Counted from the stretch's first letter, positions 25,947 through 33,802 are shown. The stretch is 35,441 bases of DNA from Candidatus Sumerlaeia bacterium (GCA_038208905.1 JBBQYG010000020.1:1-35441); one strand, 5' to 3'. The notes: a model not told the origin generated them from the letters alone. Translations and numbers: made by a program.

Positions 25947-26795
25947 ATGGACCCTGAAGAAATCGAACCCCGGCTGGAACAGCTCTACGAATCCGCCAAG
26001 TCCGCCAGCAGCGAGGGCCTGGTCGAGGAAGCGCTCAAGCGTTGCGAGGAGGCCCTCCTCCTCCTCGACAGCTATGGCGAGGACACCGAGCGCCACAGCT
26101 ACTCCGACTTCGTGATGCTCGTGGGCGACGTCCACTGGGGCGCCGGCGACTATGAGCAGGCCTGCCAGGCCTATCACAAGGTGGTCCTCAACGACCCCGA
26201 GCGCATCGACGCGCGCATCGCGACCGGCGTGGCGCTCTATCACCTGTGCCGCTTTTCCGCCGCCCAGAACATGCTGGAGCTTGCCAGCATCGACGAACCC
26301 GAGGACGGCGAGGTGTGGTACTACCTGGGCCTCCTCGCGCTGCGTCAGGGGAAATCCTCCGTCGCCATGCGCCACTTCGCCGAGGCCCACGAGCTGGACG
26401 AGGAGCGCTTCGTCCTCCCCGTCGAGACCTCCGACGCGCAGATTGCGGAGATTGTGGAACACCTCCTCGACGACATCCCCGAGGAGCTTCGCGCCGCCCT
26501 CCACAACGTCCCCATCGTGCTCGAACGCCACCCCGACGAGGAGTTGCTCCTGGAGAGCGAACCGCCCATGGACCCCATGGTCCTTGGCCTCTTCGAAGGC
26601 ACCCCCATCACCGCCGCCCAATCCACCGACGTCCCCACCAGCCCCACCCGCATCGTCCTCTATGCCGAGAACATCTGGCTCCTCGGCGCCGACCAGGAGA
26701 CGCTCGAAGAAGAACTCTTCATCACCCTCAAGCACGAGATCGGGCACTACTTCGGCCTGTCGGAGGACGACCTGACGGAGCGGGGACTGGATTGA
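25947..26795 (+). CDS. TPR + Zincin_1 (minimal zinc metallopeptidase) protein
   Basis: N-terminal TPRs; LGLFEG, RIVLY, TLKHEIGHYFGLSEDDL (HExxH); start at ATG 25947. Confidence 0.87.
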   Translation: MDPEEIEPRLEQLYESAKSASSEGLVEEALKRCEEALLLLDSYGEDTERHSYSDFVMLVGDVHWGAGDYEQACQAYHKVVLNDPERIDARIATGVALYHLCRFSAAQNMLELASIDEPEDGEVWYYLGLLALRQGKSSVAMRHFAEAHELDEERFVLPVETSDAQIAEIVEHLLDDIPEELRAALHNVPIVLERHPDEELLLESEPPMDPMVLGLFEGTPITAAQSTDVPTSPTRIVLYAENIWLLGADQETLEEELFITLKHEIGHYFGLSEDDLTERGLD

Positions 26796-26800
26796 TTGAG

Positions 26801-26945
26801 GGCGGGGAACGGCGGGAACAGCGGTAACGACGGACAAAACCGCCCCCCCGACATCCCCGCATTCTTGCTCTCTGCCCTTCCCGCCGTTCCCCGCCGTTCC
26901 CGCCGTCCCCTGCCGTTCCCGCCGTTCCCCGCCGTTCCCGCCGTT
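26801..26945. repeat. Inverted array of 9/10-bp tandem repeats
   Basis: GGCGGGGAAC-GGCGGGAAC-AGCGGTAAC on the left; about seven (C)CCCGCCGTT units at 26878-26945. Confidence 0.8.
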
Positions 26946-26981
26946 AAATGACTTCCCCCGACCACTGGCCGGGGGAAGTCA
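26945..26981 (-). terminator. Strong hairpin, likely (bidirectional) terminator
   Basis: Perfect 12-bp stem TGACTTCCCCCG (26949-26960) / CGGGGGAAGTCA (26970-26981); short T run on the minus strand. Confidence 0.65.
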
Positions 26982-27115
26982 CGATGGCTTGATTGGGAAT
27001 TAGGCCTCTCGGCTTAACTGCCGACTCGTCATCGGAAGGGTGGCCGAGGGGCTAAGAAGCCGCCACCTCGCTATAATTGGCCCGGCAACAACTCATCTGA
27101 CCACCTCCTTTCCTA
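26982..27115 (-). ncRNA. Candidate structured small RNA carrying an extended SD and a 14-codon ORF
   Basis: GGAAAGGAGGTGG SD; stems GGTGGC/GCCACC enclosing GGCT-TCTT-AGCC; TCGGC-AGTTAA-GCCGA hairpin; followed directly by the terminator. Confidence 0.5.
27052..27096 (-). CDS. Small ORF MSCCRANYSEVAAS (14 aa)
   Basis: ATG at 27096 is 6 nt downstream of GAAAGGAGGT; TAG at 27052-27054. Too short for the supplied ORF track. Confidence 0.45.
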   Translation of the reverse strand: MSCCRANYSEVAAS

Positions 27116-27291
27116 GCGTTGCAGCGAGTGATCGGCAGGGGCGGGGCTGGGGTCAACACTTAAATGATGGGATACATACGAATTGGAGCGAAGCTGGGGA
27201 TAAGTGCCGGGGGGGCGGTGAAACTGCGCCGAACTTCATCGGTCCCATTCCTCCTGTTCCCCCGCCACGCGTTACTATGCCGGCCGCAACC

Positions 27292-27852
27292 TCAGCCCGG
27301 CGAGTAGTCGCTCGCGCGGAAGACATCGCCGCGGCTGATGGTGCCGTTCGTCGGATCATAGAGTGTATATTCGTAGCCGACCACGCCGCCATAGAACAGC
27401 TCGGGCGTATATCCGGGATAGAAGCGGATCGGGTTGGTGTCGTCGATGCGGTCGGGGCCGTCGCTGGCGAGTGCGTATCGGTGGGCGGCCTCGAGCGGCA
27501 TGGTGCCAAACTTGTAGTCGCCGACGGATCGCCACGGCCCGGGGCCGCCGGGGTCGTCGGGGGCGAAGGGATCGTTCGGCACGCTGGTGATATACGATAT
27601 CGGCGTCGTGATCGACGTGAAGCGGCGGAAGCGCGGCACGAAATTCGTCTGGGGATAGGCGTTGGAATCCACGTAGTACGCGGCGAGCGCCGTTGCGAGC
27701 GTGCGCAGGTCGGCGCGGACGCGTGTGGTCTTGGACCGCGTCTGGGCCTCCAGGAAATTCGGCACCGCGATCGCCGCCAGGATGGCGATGATCGCGACCA
27801 CAACCAGCAGTTCGATGAGGGTAAAGGCGTTGATGCGGCGCGTGGTTGCCAT
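27292..27852 (-). CDS. Prepilin/GspG-like pseudopilin (AVPNFLEAQTRSK...YDPTNG family)
   Basis: A|FTLIELLVVVAIIAILAAIAVPNFLEAQTRSK, DPF, SDGPD, YDPTNGTISRGD; ATG 27852 with GGAG SD. Confidence 0.87.
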   Translation of the reverse strand: MATTRRINAFTLIELLVVVAIIAILAAIAVPNFLEAQTRSKTTRVRADLRTLATALAAYYVDSNAYPQTNFVPRFRRFTSITTPISYITSVPNDPFAPDDPGGPGPWRSVGDYKFGTMPLEAAHRYALASDGPDRIDDTNPIRFYPGYTPELFYGGVVGYEYTLYDPTNGTISRGDVFRASDYSPG

Positions 27853-27929
27853 CAATTGCTCCGGGGGCTTGCGACTGGGTGGAAAATGGGCCTTATGGGT
27901 CGCATGGTTCCTATGCTTTTGTAGTGCCA

Positions 27930-28529
27930 TCAATCCCCCGGCGGGGGCGGCGTCCCATCCGGGGGTGGGCCAAATCCGCCGGGGCCCCCCGGGCCCCCCA
28001 TCGCGCGGAACCGCCCGCGCATTTCCTCGCGCTTCTTCTCGTAGACGGCATAGTCCGCCGCGCTCAGCGTCTTCTTCGCCTCGGCGTCGCGCTCGGCCAT
28101 GAACTTCTGCATTCCGGCGAGGCGGGTTTGCATCTCCGCCTGGGCCTTGGCCTGCTGATCGGGCGTCAGCAGCTTTCGCATCTCGGCAAACATCCCGAGG
28201 CGGTCGATCATCGGCTTGTCCTGATAGGTTGCGCGGATCGCGTCGATCTTCTCCATCTGCTCGTCGGAGAGCTTCAGCTCGTCCCTCATTCGCGCGCGAA
28301 AAGCCTCGGGATCGCCAAACCCCGGCGCGCCTGGGCCCTCGCCCCGCCCCGGCCCCCCCGCGCCTCGCGTCGGTCCGCCGGGGCGATTGTCCGCGACCGC
28401 GACGCTGTCACGAAGTCCGTTGGAACTCTGGCGGATAGATGCATATAAATATAGACCACTGACGACGAGCACGAGCGAAACGATCCCGATCTTCAGGAAG
28501 TTTCCCTTTCCCTTCGATTCCTCCGGCAT
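27930..28529 (-). CDS. Membrane-anchored Spy/CpxP-like (LTxxQ) protein
   Basis: N-terminal TM helix; LKLSDEQ and LLTPDQQ motifs; Gly/Pro-rich flanks; start at ATG 28529. Confidence 0.65.
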   Translation of the reverse strand: MPEESKGKGNFLKIGIVSLVLVVSGLYLYASIRQSSNGLRDSVAVADNRPGGPTRGAGGPGRGEGPGAPGFGDPEAFRARMRDELKLSDEQMEKIDAIRATYQDKPMIDRLGMFAEMRKLLTPDQQAKAQAEMQTRLAGMQKFMAERDAEAKKTLSAADYAVYEKKREEMRGRFRAMGGPGGPGGFGPPPDGTPPPPGD

Positions 28530-28709
28530 GTTACCGACTCCGGGCAATCTCGATGGTTGTTCCCAATGGAACGGCGATGGACGCTGGGGAGCGGAGAGAA
28601 CCGGCAAGTCCCTGCTTTTCAGGGCATCCCCGCATCCCGATCGATAGAGTGGCAAATCGCGTTCCTCGGTTGGAAAAAAAAGGGGACTGAAAAGATGGAC
28701 GGCGACGCA

Positions 28710-29372
28710 CTACCGAGACGCGAGCCCCGCGAACATCTCCTCGATGCCGCGTTCCACGCGCAGCGGGACGTCGCTCTCCATGCCGTTCCTCGTCAGGATC
28801 CGCGTCACCAGCGCCGCCGGCCTGAGGGGAATTCCTGTGTCCGCCGCCGCCGCCGCATAGGCCGTGAGCTGGCCGTCGAAGATGGTGTCCCCCAGGCGGC
28901 GGATCGTCTCCCGGGCGAGGAGGCGGCTGCGCATCGGCAGCGGCGTGGTGCAGCACGCGACGCCATCGCCCGACTTCCACGAGGGGCTGGATGGAAACAG
29001 TTCATCGACCGGGACGGGAAACTCCTCCGCCGAATCGGGCAGCAGGCGCATCACGCCGCCGCACGCCGACAAGTCCCAAACGCGGGCCACCGGCACGATG
29101 GCGCCGGGGGCCAGCCCGGCGCGGGACGCGACGCCCGGCGTTGCGGTGGCATCGACGATGGGAGAGAGCGCCTTGGCCCCGCGCCGCGCCGCGATGCGCG
29201 CCGCGGCATAGGCGGCGGAGTGATCGGGTTCCACCACGAAAACGCGGATCTCGGCATCGCCGACCATGCCGTGGAAAATGCGAAACGGGCCGTCCACGCC
29301 GTCCTCGAAATCGCGCAGGTGCTGCGCCGCGCGGCGGGCGCGTTCCAGCCCGCTGACGAAGAAGGCGATCAC
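28710..29372 (-). CDS. Hypothetical protein, possibly degenerate nucleoside phosphorylase/MTA-SAH nucleosidase fold
   Basis: GTG start overlapping the upstream stop (GTGA); pattern LAPGAIV...TT...IFDGQLTAYAAAAADTGIP parallels PNP_UDP_1 folds without the DME motif. Confidence 0.5.
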   Translation of the reverse strand: MIAFFVSGLERARRAAQHLRDFEDGVDGPFRIFHGMVGDAEIRVFVVEPDHSAAYAAARIAARRGAKALSPIVDATATPGVASRAGLAPGAIVPVARVWDLSACGGVMRLLPDSAEEFPVPVDELFPSSPSWKSGDGVACCTTPLPMRSRLLARETIRRLGDTIFDGQLTAYAAAAADTGIPLRPAALVTRILTRNGMESDVPLRVERGIEEMFAGLASR

Positions 29373-30157
29373 GATCCCGCCACCGGCGCGGCGTGCTCGG
29401 CGGCAAGGCGGCACAACTCCTGTGCCCGCGTGTCGTCGTTCTGCGCCGCGCGTTCGTTGCCAAGGCGGCGATGGATTTCCGCGCGCAGCTCCAGGTTCTT
29501 CCACGATCCCGGCTCGCGGATCACCGCCTCGTTGACCGACGAGAGCGCCTCCTTCTCGTCACCCATGTCGTGGAGCGCGCGCGCCTTTTCCCGCCATCCC
29601 GCGGAGAGATTGTCGGCGGCCGCCAGCGACGCCATTGCGGCGGCCAGCGCCTCCTTCGGCTTGCCCGCCCGGCGATGCGCCGCCGCCCTCAGCGCGCTGA
29701 CCACCGCGTCGCCGGTGAGGAAGCGGTCGGCCTGGCGGAGTAAGTGCTCCTCCTCCTCCGCGTTGCGCGTCAGCTCCAGCGCCAGGATCATCGTGTGCGC
29801 GTTTGACCGTGCCTGGGAAATCGCCATGTAGAGCTGCCCGCGCACATCCTCCAGCTCGGCCTCCGGCATGGGCGCCGCCGGCAGCACCACGCGCTGCGCG
29901 GCCACGCCGCGGACGTCGAGGTGTTGGATGATGGGGCGGATGCCCTCTCCCGACGCCGTCAGCAGATAGCGCCCCGCGGGGAACTCCCGGTCAAACGGGG
30001 TGAACCCCGCGCGCTTGCCGTCCATCCACACTTCCATTTGCAAGGGAACGGCGCATTCGAATCGCACCAGGCGGAGAGTGCCGCTGGTCTCCGCCTCCTC
30101 CCCGCGCGCCGTCGTCACCATGACGAGCAGTGTAAGCGCCCACAGGAGCATGGGCAT
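29369..30157 (-). CDS. Exported PEGA-domain + TPR protein
   Basis: Signal-like MPMLLWALTLLVMVTTARG; EVWMDGKRAGFTP...GRYLL PEGA motif; C-terminal TPRs. Start uncertain (30151, 30157 or 30247). Confidence 0.7.
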   Translation of the reverse strand: MPMLLWALTLLVMVTTARGEEAETSGTLRLVRFECAVPLQMEVWMDGKRAGFTPFDREFPAGRYLLTASGEGIRPIIQHLDVRGVAAQRVVLPAAPMPEAELEDVRGQLYMAISQARSNAHTMILALELTRNAEEEEHLLRQADRFLTGDAVVSALRAAAHRRAGKPKEALAAAMASLAAADNLSAGWREKARALHDMGDEKEALSSVNEAVIREPGSWKNLELRAEIHRRLGNERAAQNDDTRAQELCRLAAEHAAPVAGS

Positions 30158-30210
30158 CCTGCCGGTCCGCCATAGCCCCGGCGAAGGAGGGCCCATGCGC
30201 CCGACGCCAC
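30145..30210. repeat. Degenerate REP doublet overlapping the PEGA-TPR gene start
   Basis: GGAGCATGGGCATCCTGCCGGTC (30145-30167) resembles the REPs at 32-93; degenerate inverted partner ends ...ACGCCAC at 30210. Confidence 0.5.
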
Positions 30211-30228
30211 AGCGAAAGGATCGTGCTA

Positions 30229-32184
30229 TCACTTGCGCGGAAACCATGAATCGAGGAGCGACTGAATGAAACCGGGTTGCTCTTCGCGCGGGCGGGATTC
30301 CCGCGCCACGGCAACGGGCGCCGCCTCCATCGCCATCTTCTCCAGCCTGCGGCGCAGCGCGCGGTTGGCGGGGTCGAGCGCCAGCGCCTCGTTCCACCTG
30401 GCCCGCGCGTCCAGGGCGTTTCCCGCCGCGTGGAGCAAATCGCCAAGGCGCTCGCATCGCGCCGCCGACGCGGGTTCCAGCTCGCGGGCGCGGCGCATCG
30501 CTTCGATGGCGGAGTCCAAGTCGCCCGCGCGGGCGTGATCGTCGGATAGCTCCGCCAGCGCGTCGGCGTTGGGGCCAGCCAGCGCCATCGCGGATTTCCG
30601 CGCCTTCGCGGATGCCGCGTAATCGCCAAGGGCGCGCCTGAGCGACGCCAGCACGATCCACACGCGGGGCTCGTCGATGTGGCGCGCGGCAACGGCCTCT
30701 ATACGGCGCGCGGCCAGCTCCAGCGGGGCGCGGCCCGCGCGGCTCGCCGGGGCAAGCAACTGCTCCGCGCGCTCCAGCGCCTTGAAGTCCGCGGGATGAT
30801 GCACCGCGAGGGCCAGCCACCGCGTCGCGGCGGAATCGCCCTCCACCGCCCGCAGCCGCGCGACACAGTGCCGCGCGGCGTCGAGATCGCCCAGGCGGCG
30901 GCGAATCTCCGCCAGGCGCCGCCACAGCTCGGGGTCGTCGGCGTTCTCCTCGGTCATCGCCGTGGCGAATTCGTTGCCTTCCTCCACGCGGCCCAGGCGT
31001 ATATACGCATCCAGCATTTGCAGGCGGGCCGCGCGCGGCGTCTCGGCAAGGCGGTGTGCCCGCGCCAGCAGCTTCAGCGCCCCCGCGTCGTCGCCGCGCG
31101 CCGAGTGGCGCTCCGCCAGCAAGGCCAGGGTTGCCGGGCGGTCGGGATCTTCCTGCAACGCGCGGCGCAGGCAGTCCTCCGCCTGGCGCAGGCGCCCGCC
31201 CGCGCTGTGGTGGCGGGCAAGTTCCTCCCATGCGATGGGGCTGTCGGGATTGGCGGAAACGGCTGCCTCGGCGAGGCGGGCCGCGCGCGCCGACTCGAGT
31301 CGCGTGCTGTAGATGCTACTCAGCGCCAGGAACGCGCGCGACGCCAACTCTCCGCGCGGTTCGCGGGCGACATAGGCCTCCAGCAATTCCGCCGCGCGCG
31401 CGGCATCGCCCGCGGCCGCGTGATGCAGTCCCAGCATCGCGTCCATCCGCGGCGTCGCCCAGGGGGCCTCCCGCGCGCGCTCCAGCGCCGTGGCCGCGTC
31501 GCCCGCGTGCCCCTCGCTCGCCAGGCAGAGCGCGGCGAACTGCTCCATCGTCGCGACTGCCTCGTGAAAATTCGCGTCCTTGTCCATCGCGCGCAGCAGG
31601 AAGGAGAACGCCGGCGCCGGGCCCGCCATGCCGCGCTGGGTCGCCTGCATCCACGCCAGCGCCATCAGGTAGTCGCGCATCGCCGCCGCATCCGCCGTGG
31701 GCGGGCGCGCAACGAGCCGCGCAGAAGACTCCGATCCGGTGATCGTGTGCGTCGCCGCCGCGATCATCGCGTGAAACCGGGGGAGCGACTCCGCCGGTGG
31801 CCCCGTCGTGTCCTCCCGATAGACCGGGAACCCCAGCGACAGGTCTACCACCTCCACCGTCGCCTCCAATTCGTCGTCCGACCAGCGCGCCATGCCCTGC
31901 ACCACGTGGGTCACCGTCATCTCTCCCGGAAACGGGAGCGCCATCACCTGATCGATGGACCACAGAGTGTTCGTCATCAGCCAGCCGCGCTTCTCCGGCT
32001 CCGTCTCCGAAATCGCGAGCAGGTTCTGCAATACCGGCTGCACCCCCGCCAACCGCCCGAGGCGCTGCTCCAGATAGCACGCGATCCCGCGGCACAAGTC
32101 GGCCTGCTGGACGCTGGGCGGCGTCGCCCCCACCGCGAAGGGGAACAGTGCCACAGTGCGCGAGGGTCGTAGGTCGTCAGTCAT
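30229..32184 (-). CDS. TolB-N-like domain + TPR-repeat protein
   Basis: TVALFPF...HVVQG...VEVVD alpha/beta domain, PPTADAAAMRDYL linker, then many TPRs; ATG 32184 with GGGGAG upstream. Confidence 0.75.
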   Translation of the reverse strand: MTDDLRPSRTVALFPFAVGATPPSVQQADLCRGIACYLEQRLGRLAGVQPVLQNLLAISETEPEKRGWLMTNTLWSIDQVMALPFPGEMTVTHVVQGMARWSDDELEATVEVVDLSLGFPVYREDTTGPPAESLPRFHAMIAAATHTITGSESSARLVARPPTADAAAMRDYLMALAWMQATQRGMAGPAPAFSFLLRAMDKDANFHEAVATMEQFAALCLASEGHAGDAATALERAREAPWATPRMDAMLGLHHAAAGDAARAAELLEAYVAREPRGELASRAFLALSSIYSTRLESARAARLAEAAVSANPDSPIAWEELARHHSAGGRLRQAEDCLRRALQEDPDRPATLALLAERHSARGDDAGALKLLARAHRLAETPRAARLQMLDAYIRLGRVEEGNEFATAMTEENADDPELWRRLAEIRRRLGDLDAARHCVARLRAVEGDSAATRWLALAVHHPADFKALERAEQLLAPASRAGRAPLELAARRIEAVAARHIDEPRVWIVLASLRRALGDYAASAKARKSAMALAGPNADALAELSDDHARAGDLDSAIEAMRRARELEPASAARCERLGDLLHAAGNALDARARWNEALALDPANRALRRRLEKMAMEAAPVAVARESRPREEQPGFIQSLLDSWFPRK

Positions 32185-32216
32185 TGCCGGTTTCGCTCTC
32201 CCCGCCACCCTTTTGG

Positions 32217-32232
32217 GCGACGAGCGTGCCAA
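32217..32232 (-). promoter_or_regulatory. Possible sigma54 promoter of the TPR/PEGA operon
   Basis: Minus strand TTGGCACGCTCGTCGC (TGGCACG, GG-N10-GC), ~33 bp upstream of the ATG. Confidence 0.35.
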
Positions 32233-32261
32233 GCAGAGTGGCAGACAGCGGCGGTCGTTTC

Positions 32262-32305
32262 AAGGGAAAGGCTAGGGAACGGCAGGGATAAGCAGCGAAA
32301 AGCAG
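32262..32305. repeat. Single arm of the 10-bp repeat family
   Basis: GCTAGGGAAC-GGCAGGGATA-AGCAGCGAAA-AGCAGG. Confidence 0.55.
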
Positions 32306-32386
32306 GTGCAGTTAAGTGCAGTCCCCATTGACGGGTAGTCACGTTGCGGGGCGAATCGTCTCATTCCACTGACAGGAGTGCTCGTC

Positions 32387-32755
32387 ATGCCGCTTCGCCA
32401 ACTGCTGTTGCTGCTCCCGCTGATTGTGCTGTTTACCGCATCCTGCGCCACGACGGGCGGCGGTGGGTCGGTGGTGACGGGGAAGGCGAGCTACTATGGC
32501 CCCGGCTTCGACGGGAAGGCGACGGCAAACGGCGAGAAGTTCGACCGCCGCGGCCTCACCGCCGCCCACCCATCACACCCCTTTGGCACCCTTGTTCGTG
32601 TCACCAACATCGCCAATGGCAAGTCCGTGGACGTGCGCATCAACGATCGCTTCGGCGGCCACCGTGGCCGTGTCATCGACCTGAGCGAAGGCGCCTTCCG
32701 CCGTATCGCCGACGTGAAGGCGGGCGTGATCGATGTCAGGGTTGAAAAGATGTAG
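32387..32755 (+). CDS. rlpA: RlpA-family (DPBB) lipoprotein, septal ring lytic transglycosylase-like
   Basis: Lipobox TASC; GKASYYG, TANGE, TAAH, VRINDR, IDLS motifs; AGGAG SD before ATG 32387; no SPOR domain. Confidence 0.9.
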   Translation: MPLRQLLLLLPLIVLFTASCATTGGGGSVVTGKASYYGPGFDGKATANGEKFDRRGLTAAHPSHPFGTLVRVTNIANGKSVDVRINDRFGGHRGRVIDLSEGAFRRIADVKAGVIDVRVEKM

Positions 32756-32757
32756 AA

Positions 32758-32927
32758 GGCAGGGAACGGCAGAAAATGCCCGGGAGAAGCCGGGGACGGC
32801 AGGGGAAAGCAGGAGAAAAACAGAATACGAGGCTGCCACTTGCTGCCGTTCCCTGCTTCTCCCCGCCGTTCCCCGCCGTTCCCTGCTTCTCCCCGCCGTT
32901 CCCTGCCGTTCCCCGCTGTTCCCTGCC
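32758..32927. repeat. Largest inverted 10-bp tandem array
   Basis: About six AGGGAACGGC-like units (32758-32815), a spacer, then nine exactly 10-bp-phased CCCYGCCGTT/CCCTGCTTCT units (32841-32927). Confidence 0.85.
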
Positions 32928-33051
32928 TCAATAAAGCTTGACCGAACCGTCGCGGCCTCGTCAAGCTCCCTCGGCGTTGATGAATAGCCCCAGTCTCATC
33001 AACTTTGCACCCGGTTTTCCCGGAACCCACCCCTGCAAGGAGTAGCAACTG

Positions 33052-33738
33052 ATGAATCGAAAGACTTCTGGTTTTACCCTGATCGAGCTGCTGATCGTGG
33101 TCGCGATTATCGCCATTCTGGCGGCCATCGCCGTCCCCAACTTCCTCGAGGCCCAGACGCGCTCCAAGGTTAGCCGGGTGAAGAGCGACCTTCGCACCCT
33201 CGCCACCGGCATCGAGGCCTATCAGGTCGATTGGAACAACCCCCCGCCAGAGTCGGGCAACGGCCCGGGCGTCGGCATTTTTGCAGGCCGAACAATTGAC
33301 GGCAGGGCCGGCCAGACCGGCATCATGTCCGTCGCGCTTTCGACGCCGGTGGCTTACCTGACGAACGCCGACCTTCGCGATCCCTTCTTCACCAGTGACG
33401 GAGGCGTGCGCCCCGACATCGCGCTGTTCACCTACAAGGTCTCCAAGTGGGAGTGGAACTTGAACACCGATACCGACGCCTCCACCATGAGCTTCGGCGA
33501 GGGCGCCTCCATGACGCGCGGCCGCTTCAACGAGCTCTATGGCGCCTGGCGCACATTCTCCGTCGGCCCGGACCGCGACTGGGACAACAACCCCACCAAC
33601 GCCCGGACCGCATTCGCCAACCCATGCAGCGCCGGCCTTCCCTATGATCCGACCAACGGAACCCTCAGCATCGGCAGCATCGTTCGCTCCCAGAAGGAAG
33701 CCGATCAGAAGTCATGGCAGATCGTCGCCGGCCAGTAA
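33052..33738 (+). CDS. Prepilin/GspG-like pseudopilin (AVPNFLEAQTRSK...YDPTNG family)
   Basis: G|FTLIELLIVVAIIAILAAIAVPNFLEAQTRSK, LSTPVAY, DPF, SVGPD, YDPTNGTLSIGS; AAGGAG SD. Confidence 0.9.
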   Translation: MNRKTSGFTLIELLIVVAIIAILAAIAVPNFLEAQTRSKVSRVKSDLRTLATGIEAYQVDWNNPPPESGNGPGVGIFAGRTIDGRAGQTGIMSVALSTPVAYLTNADLRDPFFTSDGGVRPDIALFTYKVSKWEWNLNTDTDASTMSFGEGASMTRGRFNELYGAWRTFSVGPDRDWDNNPTNARTAFANPCSAGLPYDPTNGTLSIGSIVRSQKEADQKSWQIVAGQ

Positions 33739-33768
33739 GCCGCGGCGCGGTTCGGTGGCTGTATATAC

Positions 33769-33802
33769 AAAGGGCGGCGCCGGGAAACCGGCGCCGCCCT
33801 TT
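33769..33802. terminator. Bidirectional terminator between the pilin and lon
   Basis: AAAGGGCGGCGCCGG-GAAA-CCGGCGCCGCCCTTT perfect 15-bp stem with GAAA tetraloop between convergent genes. Confidence 0.85.

Noticed and set aside
26944-27096. TAG readthrough (pyrrolysine or recoding) extending the sORF to ~50 aa
   Set aside because: The extension runs through the terminator, TAG is a normal stop in other genes here (ROK, SOD, lon), and no pyl genes are seen.
26982-27115. tmRNA or 16S rRNA fragment (peptide ends NYSEVAAS; CACCTCCTTT present)
   Set aside because: No tRNA-like acceptor or T-arm, the ORF has its own SD and ATG, and there is no rRNA-like sequence beyond the anti-SD-like bases.
32758-32927. 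Repeat arrays as CRISPR
   Set aside because: Units are 9-10 bp and contiguous, with no unique spacers and no cas genes.
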